Of a stretch of 22,504 bases of DNA, positions 10,147 through 22,504 are shown piece by piece (positions within the stretch are counted from its first letter, which is position 1; each line of letters begins with the position of its first letter). A program made the translations under genes and the position numbers. The DNA lies in the NCBI GenBank assembly GCA_910592345.1, contig CAJVPI010000020.1, positions 62,001 to 84,504 of the forward strand. The letters run 5' to 3'. The stretch comes from Paraglomus brasilianum (Eukaryota). Under the pieces are notes generated by a model that did no database searches, was not told the DNA's origin, and worked only from the letters and a program-made list of their open reading frames with translations.

Positions 10147-12137
10147 ATGGAGGTCACCAAAGAATCAGCGAACAGCCCAAGCCTGGCCAGCAACGGAGGA
10201 GGTTAGTTAGTTCAACTCGAACTAGGGCGGCGTCACAATCAATAGACTGTCATTTGTCAGATAACTAACTTGTATATAACATGTACTTGACAGATAAGGC
10301 GGTAGACAAACTGGCTTCAGACGTAGCAACGCTTGATGTGGCTGTTCGTGAGTAGATCACTTTAATTGTGTTTGGTCATTCCGTCTAAGAAGGAAGAATA
10401 ACTGTACTCAAATTGCATCCTTTACCGATTAGCGAAACACTCGGAATTACACGAGTCTAATTATGAAGTCGAAGTTGAACGAGCCGATCCCAACTCTCCC
10501 TTGTATTCGGTCTCGTCTTTCGAAGATTTAAAACTGTGAGTTTTTTTGTTTTGTTTTTTTGGAAATAATTTATGACTGGAATGTCTGAATAAACGGAAAA
10601 CCCGTTACCTTTTTTTTCCACGATGGCAGACATCCAGATTTATTGAAGGGAATATATGAGATGGGATTTCGGAAACCTTCAAAGATTCAGGAGAAAGCAC
10701 TACCTCTCCTCCTTGGAAATCCGTGCGTAATAACTTTCATGAGTGATGTTGACACGTTGGCTTTCGTACTGTTCGCAAGGTGACACCTATCTCTTCTTTC
10801 TTAACTCGGTTTAGACCCCGTAATCTAATTGGACAATCGCAGTCGGGAACAGGCAAAACTGCAGCTTTTGCCCTTAGTATGTTAAGCCGTATAGATTATA
10901 GCTCCGACGTACCCCAGGTAATTATTATTGGGTGTTTTTTCGAGTCTTGTTAACGGGATTTTGAACCAACAATTTTTCAATTCTTTATGAGACAGGCGAT
11001 TTGCGTGGCTCCTGCGAGAGAATTGGCTCGGCAGATCATGGCGGTGATCAAAAGCATGGGCAAGTACACAACAGTTACGGTTGCCGAAGCAATAAAACAG
11101 TCTGTCATGAGAAATCAGAAAGTAAATGCACAGTTAATTGTGGGGACACCTGGAACGATGACCGATCTGATCAAACGGAGGCTAATTGATGTTAGGAATG
11201 TTAAGATATTTGTCTTGGATGAAGCCGATAATATGCTGGACCAACAAGGACTTGGTGATCAGAGCATACGATTAAAAAAGTAAGAGTTTTTTCTTTATAC
11301 TTTCAACAACAATGATGCAACTATTGACAGAGGTCATTTCTTTCTTCACCCTTGAACGTTCCATTTTAGTATGATGCCCAAAAACACGCAAATTGTTCTC
11401 TTCTCAGCCACATATTCTGATGAGGTGCGGGACTTTGCAACACGCTTTGCACCTGATGCCAATCAATTCAAACTAAAGGTTGAGGAGTTATCAGTCAGTA
11501 CTATTAAACAATTTTATATGGACTGTAAGAATTCAGATCACAAGTTTGAGGTGCTAGATGCTCTATATGCACTGCTGACTATTGGACAAAGCATAATTTT
11601 CGTTCAGGTAATGCATATATCAGCAGTAACATTGTCAGCAATCTGTTTAAATTCTATCAGACAGTATGCTTATTGTTACATCCTTTTTCCCTGCGCTTTT
11701 AGCGACGTGATACGGCTGATACAATTGCGAGACGGATGACCGAAAGCGGTCACCGGGTTATTAATCTTCATGGAGGACTGACACCGACGGAACGTGACCA
11801 AGTAATGGATGCATTTCGCAATGGTGATGCGAAAGTGCTTATAACTACAAATGTGCTAGCTCGGGGTATTGACATCATGCAAGTCAACCTTGTAATTAAT
11901 TACGATATTCCAACGAACGTGACAGGAAGAACTCCTGACTATGAGACATATCTTCATCGTATTGGGCGCACTGGTAGATTTGGACGCACTGGGGTATCGA
12001 TTAACTTTGTCCATGACGAACAAAGTTGGAAACTCGTTGAGATGATTCAAAATCATTTTAAACGCGAAATAGTCCAAGTACCAACAGACGATTATAATAA
12101 GATTGAAAAGATTTTAAAGAAGGAAATCAAAGGATGA
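10147..12137 (+). CDS. DBP5: ATP-dependent DEAD-box RNA helicase Dbp5 (DDX19 orthologue, mRNA export), 454 aa
   Basis: Exons 10147-10201, 10294-10347, 10433-10535, 10630-10722, 10815-10917, 10996-11279, 11370-11607 and 11703-12137 (1365 nt, all GT-AG). Motifs: [76 protein letters not shown]. Confidence 0.97.
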
Positions 12138-13044
12138 AATAATAATAATTATTTTTAATGTTGCAATATTGCTGTTAGAAGGGATTACATGGCGGTTTAT
12201 TTTCAACATTGCAATATAGAAATTTATTCGAAAACAAACACTTACCTTTCAAATTAAAATAATTATCTATTATCGTACTCTATTCAATCAAAATTTGATA
12301 TTGACATAGTGTTATTCTTCGCTTCGTTCTATTTAAAGCGTTGAATGTTGAGATCACGTAAGACGGGATAACTCTATGTATGGTCTGTCAACATAAACAC
12401 GCACGTATTTAAAGAGAACCCCGTGTAGAAAATTCCTACGAGCAAGTATAACTACACGTCTTCAAGTCAATATTCACGTCCCGATGATCATGGGTTCTTG
12501 TCTGACCCTCTGTGTAGCTACGCTAGCTTCACGTACTTGTCCACTGAGCCTTTTATTGTAATTACAATATCGTTTTGGAGAATATGGCGTGGTAATGGGG
12601 ATAAAGTCGACTATAGACTGAAGTTCCTAGAATATACCAAATTTCCAAAGAAGAAAAAAACCTCCCTCAACTACAAAAAGCTCAAATATGTGTGTCAATA
12701 TTTAACTGTAGAAATTATATCGAGTTTCGATAAAGGACGAAAACTCTTCTTGATCAATGGAACTCGATCATGACTAAGCTATAAGAGAGATAGACTATGT
12801 TTATCAACCATGGTTGAAAAAAGGATACATTAATCAATCTCGGGGCATACCGATAAAAAAAGACCGGTTCGTCCATGTTATAAGACAAGCTTACCATTTT
12901 TCGCGTAATGATGAGTTAACTTCACAGTGGAATTTTCGTAACTATTCATTTTATTCTTAATTTGAAAGGAAAACTATTTATTTCAATAATAATACTATTG
13001 TATCGCGAGGAATGATTCGTTATAATAAATTGAATGATTTATTT

Positions 13045-13520
13045 TCATCCACTTAAGTAAAATATCAATTTTGCACGCGAACCAAAATTGTGTGATTTCA
13101 AACTCGTTACCATTAGCAATGACAAAATTTCAGCGAGTTGCCGAAAAATCCCAATGCAAAAGGTTACGCTTGTAGGTGGTTCCTCATTTGTTGAGTTTAT
13201 GGTATTATTGATGCTAATTAAGCTTTCAGGACATCTATGCATTTCGCCTGTTGTGAATATATAATTTACGTTAGTATATCTGTCAGCATATTATTTCATG
13301 CAAAAAAAGTATACCAATACTCATTGAACTACACTGGGACGTATCCATCCTTTTATTTTTAGATTTGGGTCAACTAGCTACTTTGGGCGCGTGTGGCTTC
13401 CTTAACAAACATTGCAGATAATCAGCACATAATAATGCTATGTTCACATAATAGACGCCATCCACGTTACCAGATTTTAGAATGTTCGCGCAAAATAATG
13501 AACTTGAAATCTCTAACACT
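13045..13520 (-). other. Spliced-looking segment downstream of URA2 (small gene, gene relic or spliced 3' UTR)
   Basis: Intron-like 13314-13248 (GTATAC...TACTAAC...ACAG) and 13470-13401 (GTAACG...GCTGAT...TTAAG), plus a TTTCAG acceptor at 13521. ATG 13348 spliced to ORF 13045-13242 gives 78 aa in frame. Confidence 0.35.
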
Positions 13521-13666
13521 CTGAAAGTAAGGCGAGAGAGCCCCTCACATAGATCGATATCACCGACGTTCGGTACGATAGCTGTCTATTATATATTATG
13601 AAGATTTACCCAATACCTGCAAAAGGTATAAATAGATCAATAATTGAATATAAACACAAAAGGCAT

Positions 13667-16600
13667 TCATTTCACACGGAATTTTTCTCCACCTACCAAC
13701 GCCAAGAGCGACATCCTTACAAACATTCCATATTTCATCTGTCTGAAATATGCTGCTCTGTGATCATAATCTACTTCAGGATCAATCTCGTTAACACGAG
13801 GTAATGGATGCATTATTATCATATGAGGCTTAGCTTTCGCCAATGTCTTATTATTTATAACATAGGAATCCCTAACTGCGTCGTATTCAGTCTCGTCAAC
13901 AAACCGCTCTCGTTGAACACGTGTCACATATAGAACGTCGGTTTGCTCAATTACGTCGTCCAAGTCGGTAAATTCATGTTGTGGAGTGCCTTGTTTATGT
14001 ACACCTACCTTAATGTCTTCTGGCATACGTAATGATGGAGGACTTACGTAATTGAGAGTGACATGGTAGAGTGAAAGGATTTTAACTAGACTATGTACAG
14101 TTCGTCCGTTCTTGAGATCTCCAACGAGAGTTACAGTTAACCCATTGACTGTACCTAATTCTTCTCTAATAGTGTACACATCTAGAAAAGCCTGTAATAA
14201 GAGGTGACGATAACGTCAACGTTGTATTACTAAAATATTGCAAAAAGCAAATCAATAATTAATCACCTGAGTTGGATGTTCGCCGACACCATCCCCGGCG
14301 TTGATTATAGGAACAGTCGAAAACTCTGCAGCAACTTTAGTACTCCCTGGTTCCGGATGTCTCAACACTATCAAATCACCATACGAACCCAGAGTTCTTA
14401 CTGTATCTGCCAATGATTCTCCTTTTGCAACCGACGAACTCTCCACTTTAACAGATACCACACGACCACCTAATCGATTCATTGCTGCCTCAAATGAAGC
14501 AGATGTGCGCGTAGATGGTTCAAAAAACATAGTAAAAAGAACTCGTCCTTGCAGTAGATTGATAGACCCATATCGCTCTACTAGCGTACGCATCTCGTGG
14601 GCCACTCCAAATAAGAGATGCAGATCATTCCGGGAGAATTCCTTGACGGAAAGAATATGCTTGCGGTAAAATGGGGAGTTCTTGAGGAAGGGATCGAGAT
14701 TTGCAGGCATAACTGGTGGTGGCTCAAGGATCCAATCAGGAGCAACAGTCTTAGGCATAATAGGCATAATAGGCATAATATCACCAGATCCATATGATGG
14801 AGATATAACCTTGGCTGATGTAATTGTTGCTTTGGGCGGGGGCTGGGTATTAACCCCTATAGTTTGTGGTTTTTGTTCAGCCTCCACAGGTTCCTCAGCA
14901 GCGGGCATTTTTGTAAATATATAAGTTTTAGTTGAGATGTCGCAACCAGCATTCCCATCAGAGTAAAATCCGTTATCAAGATAAGCTGTTTCTCCTCGTA
15001 ATACGACACGAGTCACTGCCCCAAATAGAGACTGGCCAGCAAATGGTGACCATCTTCCTGGCTTATCGAATATTTTGATTTTTCTATCAATTTCTATTTC
15101 AACGTATGTGTTGGGTTGTTCTGGAATGCTGAATATTTTACGGGGGTTGGTGTAAAGTCTTTTTTTGATATCTTCAATGTTTAATTTGCCCTCATTTACG
15201 GCATTACAAAGCAACGGAATAGTCTCCTCAATACCAACGCTCGCGCACGTCTCCCGACCGAGTTTCACGGAAAGGCGATATGGAAGCGTACCAACACTAA
15301 AGCAGTCGATTACATCCAGATGTTTCCATAATGAAGATTGATCGGCTGGTGTCGGAAGAATATCAGCACAACCGTCTATGTCCTCTGTGTTCAGAAACAA
15401 AGCGTAAACGGCCACATCGCAAGTAACTTTCAAACCCTTTTCTTTGCTGAGTCTGATTATTTCAATGTCATCTTTAGTGCTGACACCAGTCACATGAATT
15501 GACCTACTATGTAAACTAGCTACTAACAGTACGGATGCCAAGTCATTACCTTGAGCATCCGTAATGACGGGCGATAGAACTGGCCAGCTGCTGAAATGCT
15601 TGGCTAAGGTTGCTATCTTCGGTGTCTGTGCATTTACAAAGTTACTAAACGGTATGAAAAGTGATGCAACATCTGGAATTACTTCGGTTATTTGTTCGAC
15701 ATTGTACTCAGTTGCAGCAACTGATAGAGCATAATCACAGTGTCCATTGCCACGGCTACTTGTATGTGCAATTGCCATTGTACCAGTATCCCGTAATGAT
15801 TCGTTTAATCCAATTGGTAGTGTATTGATTACTGTAAATCCTGCCGCTAAGGATGCTTTAGTGACCTCAGCAAAGTCATTCTTACCGGACTCGGCAATAT
15901 GAGGCATAAAAGCTGAAATATTGAAAAGACTTGGGAGTGTAACCGTCTTATGACTACATTTGCAATCAATATTTCGAACTTCAAGGTCGGGGTTCCTATA
16001 CAATGCCTCAATGAATAGCTTGGCACATTTAACATTTGTTATTAAGGGAACACTATAATCAACAGCCATTCTGCGTGTACGATAACCATTGCTCATGAAA
16101 CTGGCGACCCGTCTATATCTATTCTTGGAAGGTAAATTTATATACAAGTCGATTAAATTATTCGCTAAATGTTGGTCCAATGAATACTCCGGCTTATGTT
16201 CAGCCCCTTTGCTAATATCCAAGTACTTGACTGCAATACCGTGTTCCTGAATAAAGTCAGCTGTTCCTGATGTAGCAAACAACTGAAATCCCATATTATG
16301 CAATTTGGTTACTGATGGCAACATTTCTAGTTTCTCCTTATAAGATCCAATAGATAACAGTATATTCTTCTTTGGTAGAGTAAACGCAGTAGATATCAAT
16401 GCTTTCAAATAGGCTTCATACTTGTCCCGTCCGAAACAAGCAACTTCGCCGGTCGATGCCATTTCTACCCCAAGGACAGGATCGGCACCTGATAGTCGAC
16501 TAAAACTAAACTGAGGCACTTTGACAGCAACATAGTCCTTTGGTAAATTAAGCTGTGGATATGGATCAATAGGTATACCCAACATAGCCAAGGTAGCCAT

Positions 16601-19600
16601 TTCAATTAAATCTATTCCCGTGACTTTCGAAGCAAAAGGAAAGGATCTTGACGCACGCAAATTGCATTCTATTACTTTAATATCATTGTTCTTTGCTATG
16701 AACTGGATGTTGAATGGTCCCGTTACATTTAATTCATTAGCTATTTTTTCTGTTGCCGATTTAATCTTACTCACTGTCTCGGGGTCAAGGTCTTGAGGCG
16801 GTAATACTAGGGTAGCATCCCCAGAATGTACACCTGCATTCTCAATGTGTTCTGATATGACATGCATCAATAAATTTCCATCCGATGCTACTGCATCCAT
16901 TTCAATTTCCTTCGCTTCCTCGATATACTTAGATATGACAACTGGATGTTCCCTTGATACGGCTGCTGCCCGTCGTAAATAATTCTCTAAATCATCAGAT
17001 GAATATACTGCATTCATTGCAGCACCAGACAAGACATATGATGGTCTAACTAAAACTGGATATCCAACTTTCCCGCAAAATGCTACTGCATCATCATAGT
17101 TTGTCAACTCCTTCCATACTGGCTGATCAACTCCAATCCGATCAAGCATACGAGAGAACTTGTATCGGTTCTCCGCAGTGTCAATCATATCAGGAGATGT
17201 ACCTAAAATATTCACGTTCTGATGGCGTAGGAGAAGTGCGATATTATTTGGTGCTTGACCTCCCATGGAAATAATAACGCCAGACGAATTCTCTGCCTCA
17301 TATATATCCAATACTCTTTCCAAGGTAATATTATCAAAGTATAATCGATCGGCTTCATCATAATCCGTACTGACAGTCTCCGGATTGTAATTAATCATTA
17401 TTGTTTTAATGCCCTTTCGACGCAGAGTGCGAATCGCTCGCACAGCGCACCAGTCGAATTCAACAGAACTACCAATACGGTAAACGCCTGATCCAAGAAC
17501 CATTACTCCCTTATCACCAAACTCTACATCGTGTTCGACAGCATTATATGTCACGTATAAATAATTGGTCTGCGCGGGAAATTCAGCGGCGACTATGGCA
17601 ATAGCGTAAATCGAGTTTGAGATAAGATTCCTACGGTCATAAGCAAGTTGTAGGCGACTTTAAATATACACGTTACCTGTGTCTATTTGTTTCACAAATG
17701 GTATAATATTGAAGTCTTGCCGAATTTTCCTTATAGCCAATTCAGTACTTCCAACTGCCTTTGCGATTTGACGATCAGAGAATCCTAGTCGCTTTGCATT
17801 TAAAAGCATCACACGCGTAATATTCATAGGTTTATACTTTCTCAATTCGCATTCAAGGTCAATAATATTTTTCAATTTAGAAAGGAACCATTTGTCAATA
17901 TTGGTCAATTTCCAGATTTGTTCAACTGAATAGTCCTTATGGAATGCATTAGCTATGGCAAAGAGTCGTTGGTCGGACGGGTTCACAAGTTCTTCATCTA
18001 TTGTAGAAACATGATCATTCTAACAGAATGGTTTCGTTCACATTAGGAAGTAAATAACAGACTATAGATAATACAATAGCATTAAGTTACAAACATACCT
18101 CACCAAATCCCATAAAATGATAATCAATTGATCTAATAGCCTTCTGAATAGTTTCTTCAAACGTCCGTCCGATGCTCATCACTTCCCCAACAGATTTCAT
18201 AGCAGAACTCAAACTCGTATTCACTCTTGAGAACTTCTTCAGATCCCACCTTGGTATCTTAACTACGACATAATCTAAACTAGGCTCAAAGCAAGCACAT
18301 GTCACTTTAGTCACCGAGTTACTGATTTCATTTAATGGTATTCCCAATCCCAATTTTGCAGCAACAAATGCTAGTGGATAGCCAGTAGCCTTTGAGGCGA
18401 GAGCAGAGGACCGAGATAGACGCGCATTGACTTCAATGATGCAGTATTCATTAGAGAATGGGTTTAGAGCGTATTGGATGTTACATTCACCGATTACACC
18501 CAAGCGGCGAATCACGCTAATTGCGCTTGTACGTAGCATCTGGTAATCTTCATCCGAAAGTGTTTGTGACGGAGCAACAACGATTGAATCTCCCGTATGG
18601 ATACCAAGCGGATCAAAATTCTGAATTTTGGAAATGCTTAGGCAATCTTATCGTTAATCGAACAAAAATAAGGAAAGACAAATACGAAAAATAATATAAA
18701 CGAATTTGGTAACAGATAATGATACATTACCTCCATATTACAGACAGTTATACAATTATCTCTGCAATCGCGAACGACTTCGTATTCAATCTCCTTCCAT
18801 CCCTTCATTGACCGCTCTATAAGCACCTGGGGACTTGTTGTAAAAGCTTTCGTACAAAGCTCTGTAAGCTGTGCCTCATTCTCGGCAAAGCCGGATCCAA
18901 GGCCACCCAGGGCATACGCAGCACGGCAGATGATGGGATAACCTATAATTTTGGCGGCTTGTAGGGCTTCCTGAACGTTGGTCGCCGGAGCTGATTTAGC
19001 ACATTTCTCACCAATTTCTAACAGTAGCTGTGCAAAAGCCTCACGATCTTCTGTTGTGATAATAGTGTCGATTGGTGTACCAAGTACTTTAACACCTAAA
19101 CTCTCAAATTCATTTCGGAGTTTGACACCGACATTTAGAGCTGTCTGACCACCAAACGTCACATAAATGCCGTCGGGCTTTTCATGTTTGATGACTTTAC
19201 GGACGAATTCGGGATCTACTGGCAGGAAATAGACCTTATCCGCGAGGGAATCAGATGTTTGAATCGTGGCTATATTTGGATTGATTAGAATCGTATAGAT
19301 TCCTTCTTCTTTCAGTGCTTTAATTGCCTAAAGGTATTTTTGACGTAAGCAATAAGTGCGGATAGAAAGTATCGCATTTGCGAGGTTACCTGGCTTCCAG
19401 AATAGTCGAATTCTCCGGCCTGCCCGATACTTAATCCGCCACTTCCCAATATTAAAACTTTCTTAACATCAACGCGAGGATTCTTTCTATCATTCTCAGA
19501 CCTTGTACCTCCAGGCATTCTCACGTAGACTAACTTCCCGGCTTTATTTGAATCTATTACCGAATTAATAAAAACGTCAAAAAGATATTCCGTATCTCTT

Positions 19601-21324
19601 GGACCTGGATTCGATTCAGGGTGGAATTGTACAGAAAATATCGGTAAAGTCTTGTGTATAAAGCCCTCGTTGGAATGGTCATTCGCGTTGACAAAGAGCT
19701 CTTGATATTCTTCAGGGAGAGTACCAGCATCCACGGCATATCCATGATTTTGAGAACTGATATAACATCTGCCTGAAAGCATGTCGGTACAAGGAATATT
19801 ATGTCCACGATTACCATATTTCATTTTCATGGTTTTCGCGCCTGCCGCAAGTCCGAGCAACTGATGTCCTAAACAGATTCTGCGTTTACACAACGATATG
19901 CAGTTATTCTCGTGTGTCGTATAAGCATTTCAATGTTGCATATAAACAACTAACCCGAAAATTGGAGTTTTCGCCTCTTTTAAAGCAACACGTAATCGCT
20001 CGATTGTTACTTGAACCATACTCGGATCTCCCGGTCCATTGCTGAATGTAGAACAGAATGTTAATTAAGTGCGCATTTGGAACAAAAGTTATTTCCTCTT
20101 AACTATAACCACACTAAATGCTAAACCATATGTCACGGACGGGCCGATAAACCCTGCCCGTATAATTCCTATACCTAATGAAAAGTCCATCATAATCTTT
20201 TTCTTTCAAAAAGTCGTAATTCCACGGCACAACTTTAACATTCACGTTACGATCAATAAAACAGCGAAGCTGACTGTATTTCTGGAGGGTCAATTAATAT
20301 CAGTAATAATTGAAATTGAATCTCGCAATGACATGATGAGACAAATTATTACCATTCCCACGTCAATCGCAAGAATCTGCAGAGTTTTTCCACTAACTCC
20401 CTTAATAGCTTTTGTTGGATCAGGATTGTATACTTTTGGTTCTCTGATCGAGACTAACAATCAAACGAAATGATGGAATTGAAACACAATGCCACGTCAT
20501 AGCAATCCTCAGATTCACTTAACAAAGAGCATTATTGCAGACGTACCTTCAGCCACCAAATTTTTTTCGTTTGGATCAACCCAATCGATATCTTGATATT
20601 CGTTTAGCCAAGGCTCCGATCTTAACCTACTAGTGGCATCCATACCAACTCTCATCAAATTTGAAGTGTTTCCCACCACACTCTTTGGAAATAAGATTTT
20701 ACCCAATAAAACACCTTGAGTCCTTATTTTCTTGGTAAGGGCACGCGTATCCACACCGTAAATTGCAGGAATTTTGTTCTCTTTTAGCCATTCGGCCAAA
20801 GAGGATTTCGCAAGATGATGTGAATAATCACGGGAATAGTGTCCGACGACTAGCCCGGCGACATGAATTCGCGAAGACTCGAAGTATTTGGGAATGTCGG
20901 CTAGGAAATCATTCCTTTCATCGCGTGATGGAACACCGTAATTACCGATCAAGGGAAAAGTAAGTATGAGAATTTGCCCGTGATATGATGGGTCAGTGAG
21001 TGACTCGGGATATCCAACCATTCCTACACATCATTGTGTTAGTTTGCACATTCACCAACTCGAATAGTTCGAAAGACGCTGGCCTGAATAAATTCTAATT
21101 GTACCAGTTTGGAAGACACATTCGCCAGAGACAGACTTGGTCACAGCACCAAAGGATATGCCACGAAAGCTTGTACCGTCTTTGAGAATTAAAATTGCTT
21201 CAGGTGAAGAAACATGCAAGGGCATTTCAGAAACAGGAGAAGCAGGTCGTGCTGGTGTCGGTGGACGCGATAAAGAGGGTTGTTGAACTGGTAACGCGCC
21301 ATTCGATATGTCAGTCATGTCCAT
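13667..21324 (-). CDS. URA2: Multifunctional pyrimidine biosynthesis protein Ura2 (glutamine amidotransferase + carbamoyl-phosphate synthetase + inactive DHO-like domain + aspartate transcarbamylase), 2264 aa
   Basis: Exons 21324-21105, 21023-20547, 20453-20353, 20281-20175, 20041-19955, 19879-19390, 19327-18731, 18620-18099, 18019-17677, 17592-14267 and 14191-13667 (6795 nt, all GT-AG). Motifs: [82 protein letters not shown]. Confidence 0.98.
14752..14778. repeat. Perfect 9-bp tandem repeat (TAGGCATAA)x3 encoding IMPIMPIMP in the Ura2 DHO-ATCase linker
   Basis: Read directly; in frame within URA2 exon 10. Confidence 0.9.
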
Positions 21325-22041
21325 GTTTTTTGATGGTGAATTCTGTTCTGCTGTGACCGGGTGCAATACAATGAATTGCAAAATTCTGTTCTTTTTTTTT
21401 TTTCGCTCTTGATCTATAACGGAAATAAAAAGTTTTCCTTGTGAAACATGTCTAATTTAGGAATTATTAATGTTTGTCAATTCAATTTACTCCCCTACTG
21501 TATTTTTTGCTGATCAGTTTTATATTATACTGTATGTCTTTCATATGCACGAAAAGTTGCAAACTATGGCGACACTTTCTAAGCATGGAATCAAAGTGTA
21601 TTAGTATCCCCGAAATTCTTAATTATTTAAGAGCTTATGTTTTAAATTGTAAGCTTTCAGACATAGAAATAAATCGCGTTTCATATAGCCTTAGTTTAGT
21701 CCAATTAAGCAGTTTGCGTGCTTGCACGTCGATATGTTTAATTAGTTCCACATTATTAGTAGAGTCTCTGCAACACCTAATAAACAAAAGAATTAACAAA
21801 CCCTCATAGATATGTATAACAAGCAGAAAGATAAACTATTCTATTCACCTCGCCTTAGCGTTTCGGGTGTCGAATCCGTCCTAGCGAACTAGAAAATATA
21901 CCGATTATGAAGCACTAACGATAACTTCGATAACAGTATAATGCGATTTTACTGTTATACGTACGTATACCTTGTGATGTAACGCAATAAACATTGAGAA
22001 TCTCTCTCCGTGATTGTACCTGAAAACCTCCCATTCAAACG

Positions 22042-22504
22042 ATGTCATTAGTTCCAGGGATTAATAATCCGGCAATTGACAATTTGATTCAATCCTCCTT
22101 ATCAAATGAAGATGATGGAAGATTTGAATGGATTCATTATGAGGAAATCACCAACATAAAGCCAACTCAAATTGACAACGTCTGCTACGCTACTCGCAAA
22201 TACACACTAGAAGTCGTTGAAGGCATGATGTTATGCCTTGGAAATAGCGGAGAATGTACACAAACACTTGTTAGTGAGTTTGCTAGAATATACTCACTTC
22301 CGATACACAAGTACAGCAAAGATGACAACAACTTTAGAAGACATTCCCGATGGCTTACGGAGCGCAACAAACTAATAAAGGGTTTTACCGAGTATAATAA
22401 TAACTATTACATGGTTGCTGATAGAGAGTTTTACCATTGTTACTCTCAATATGGATTCTGCTCTGCATGTGGAATACTCCGATGTAGTCCTGTGTGGTGC
22501 ATTT
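22042..22504 (+). CDS. 5' part of a probable tyrosine-kinase-like (TKL) family protein of the AM-fungal expanded type; continues beyond the window
   Basis: Stop-free frame of 154 codons from ATG 22042: MSLVPGINNPAIDNLIQSS...RFEWIHYEEITNIKPTQIDNVCYA...YGFCSACGILRCSPVWCI. The N..ID..I...EWI.Y..I.NI and CxxC...WC patterns resemble the pre-kinase region of AM-fungal kinases. The catalytic domain is not visible. Confidence 0.65.
   Translation, partial: MSLVPGINNPAIDNLIQSSLSNEDDGRFEWIHYEEITNIKPTQIDNVCYATRKYTLEVVEGMMLCLGNSGECTQTLVSEFARIYSLPIHKYSKDDNNFRRHSRWLTERNKLIKGFTEYNNNYYMVADREFYHCYSQYGFCSACGILRCSPVWCI

Noticed and set aside
8918..10245. Exact 15-mer CGTCACAATCAATAG at 8918 and in DBP5 intron 1 (10231)
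   Set aside because: By rough estimate about one such match is expected by chance in 22 kb of this composition, and the flanks do not align.
11856..20963. Antisense and alternative-frame ORFs overlapping DBP5 and URA2 (e.g. 14301-14669, 14682-14924, 20069-20473)
   Set aside because: Shadows of the real coding sequences, with no independent protein signal.
21325..21381. TTG-initiated N-terminal extension of Ura2 suggested by the ORF track
   Set aside because: The ATG at 21324 has a good AAAAAC context; there is no evidence for non-AUG initiation.

Overview
Intron-rich eukaryotic (fungal) DNA. Gene style and two repeat-type protein families point to Mucoromycota/Glomeromycotina (arbuscular mycorrhizal fungus; this is an inference). 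Conserved genes: an intact 8-exon DBP5 RNA helicase (+, 10147-12137, 454 aa) and an intact 11-exon URA2 (CPSase/pseudo-DHO/ATCase; -, 21324-13667, 2264 aa). VPS51 (+, 4805-5572) has 4 good exons but stops right after its N-terminal domain. A kinase-family-type ORF missing from the ORF track starts at 22042 and runs off the window end. The first ~4.6 kb is accessory DNA with a long inverted repeat, decayed coding relics and two non-coding hairpin arrays. Array 1 (1745-2004) has five back-to-back stems with mostly unrelated lower-stem sequences, all capped by C-(C/A)UCA-G, with compensatory changes and G·U pairs on the + strand. Array 2 (2599-2997) has seven CCGAGAAAC...GTTTCGG-TAGGTG units enclosed by a closing stem. 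These two are the best candidates for an undescribed structured RNA or element. All folds were done by eye.
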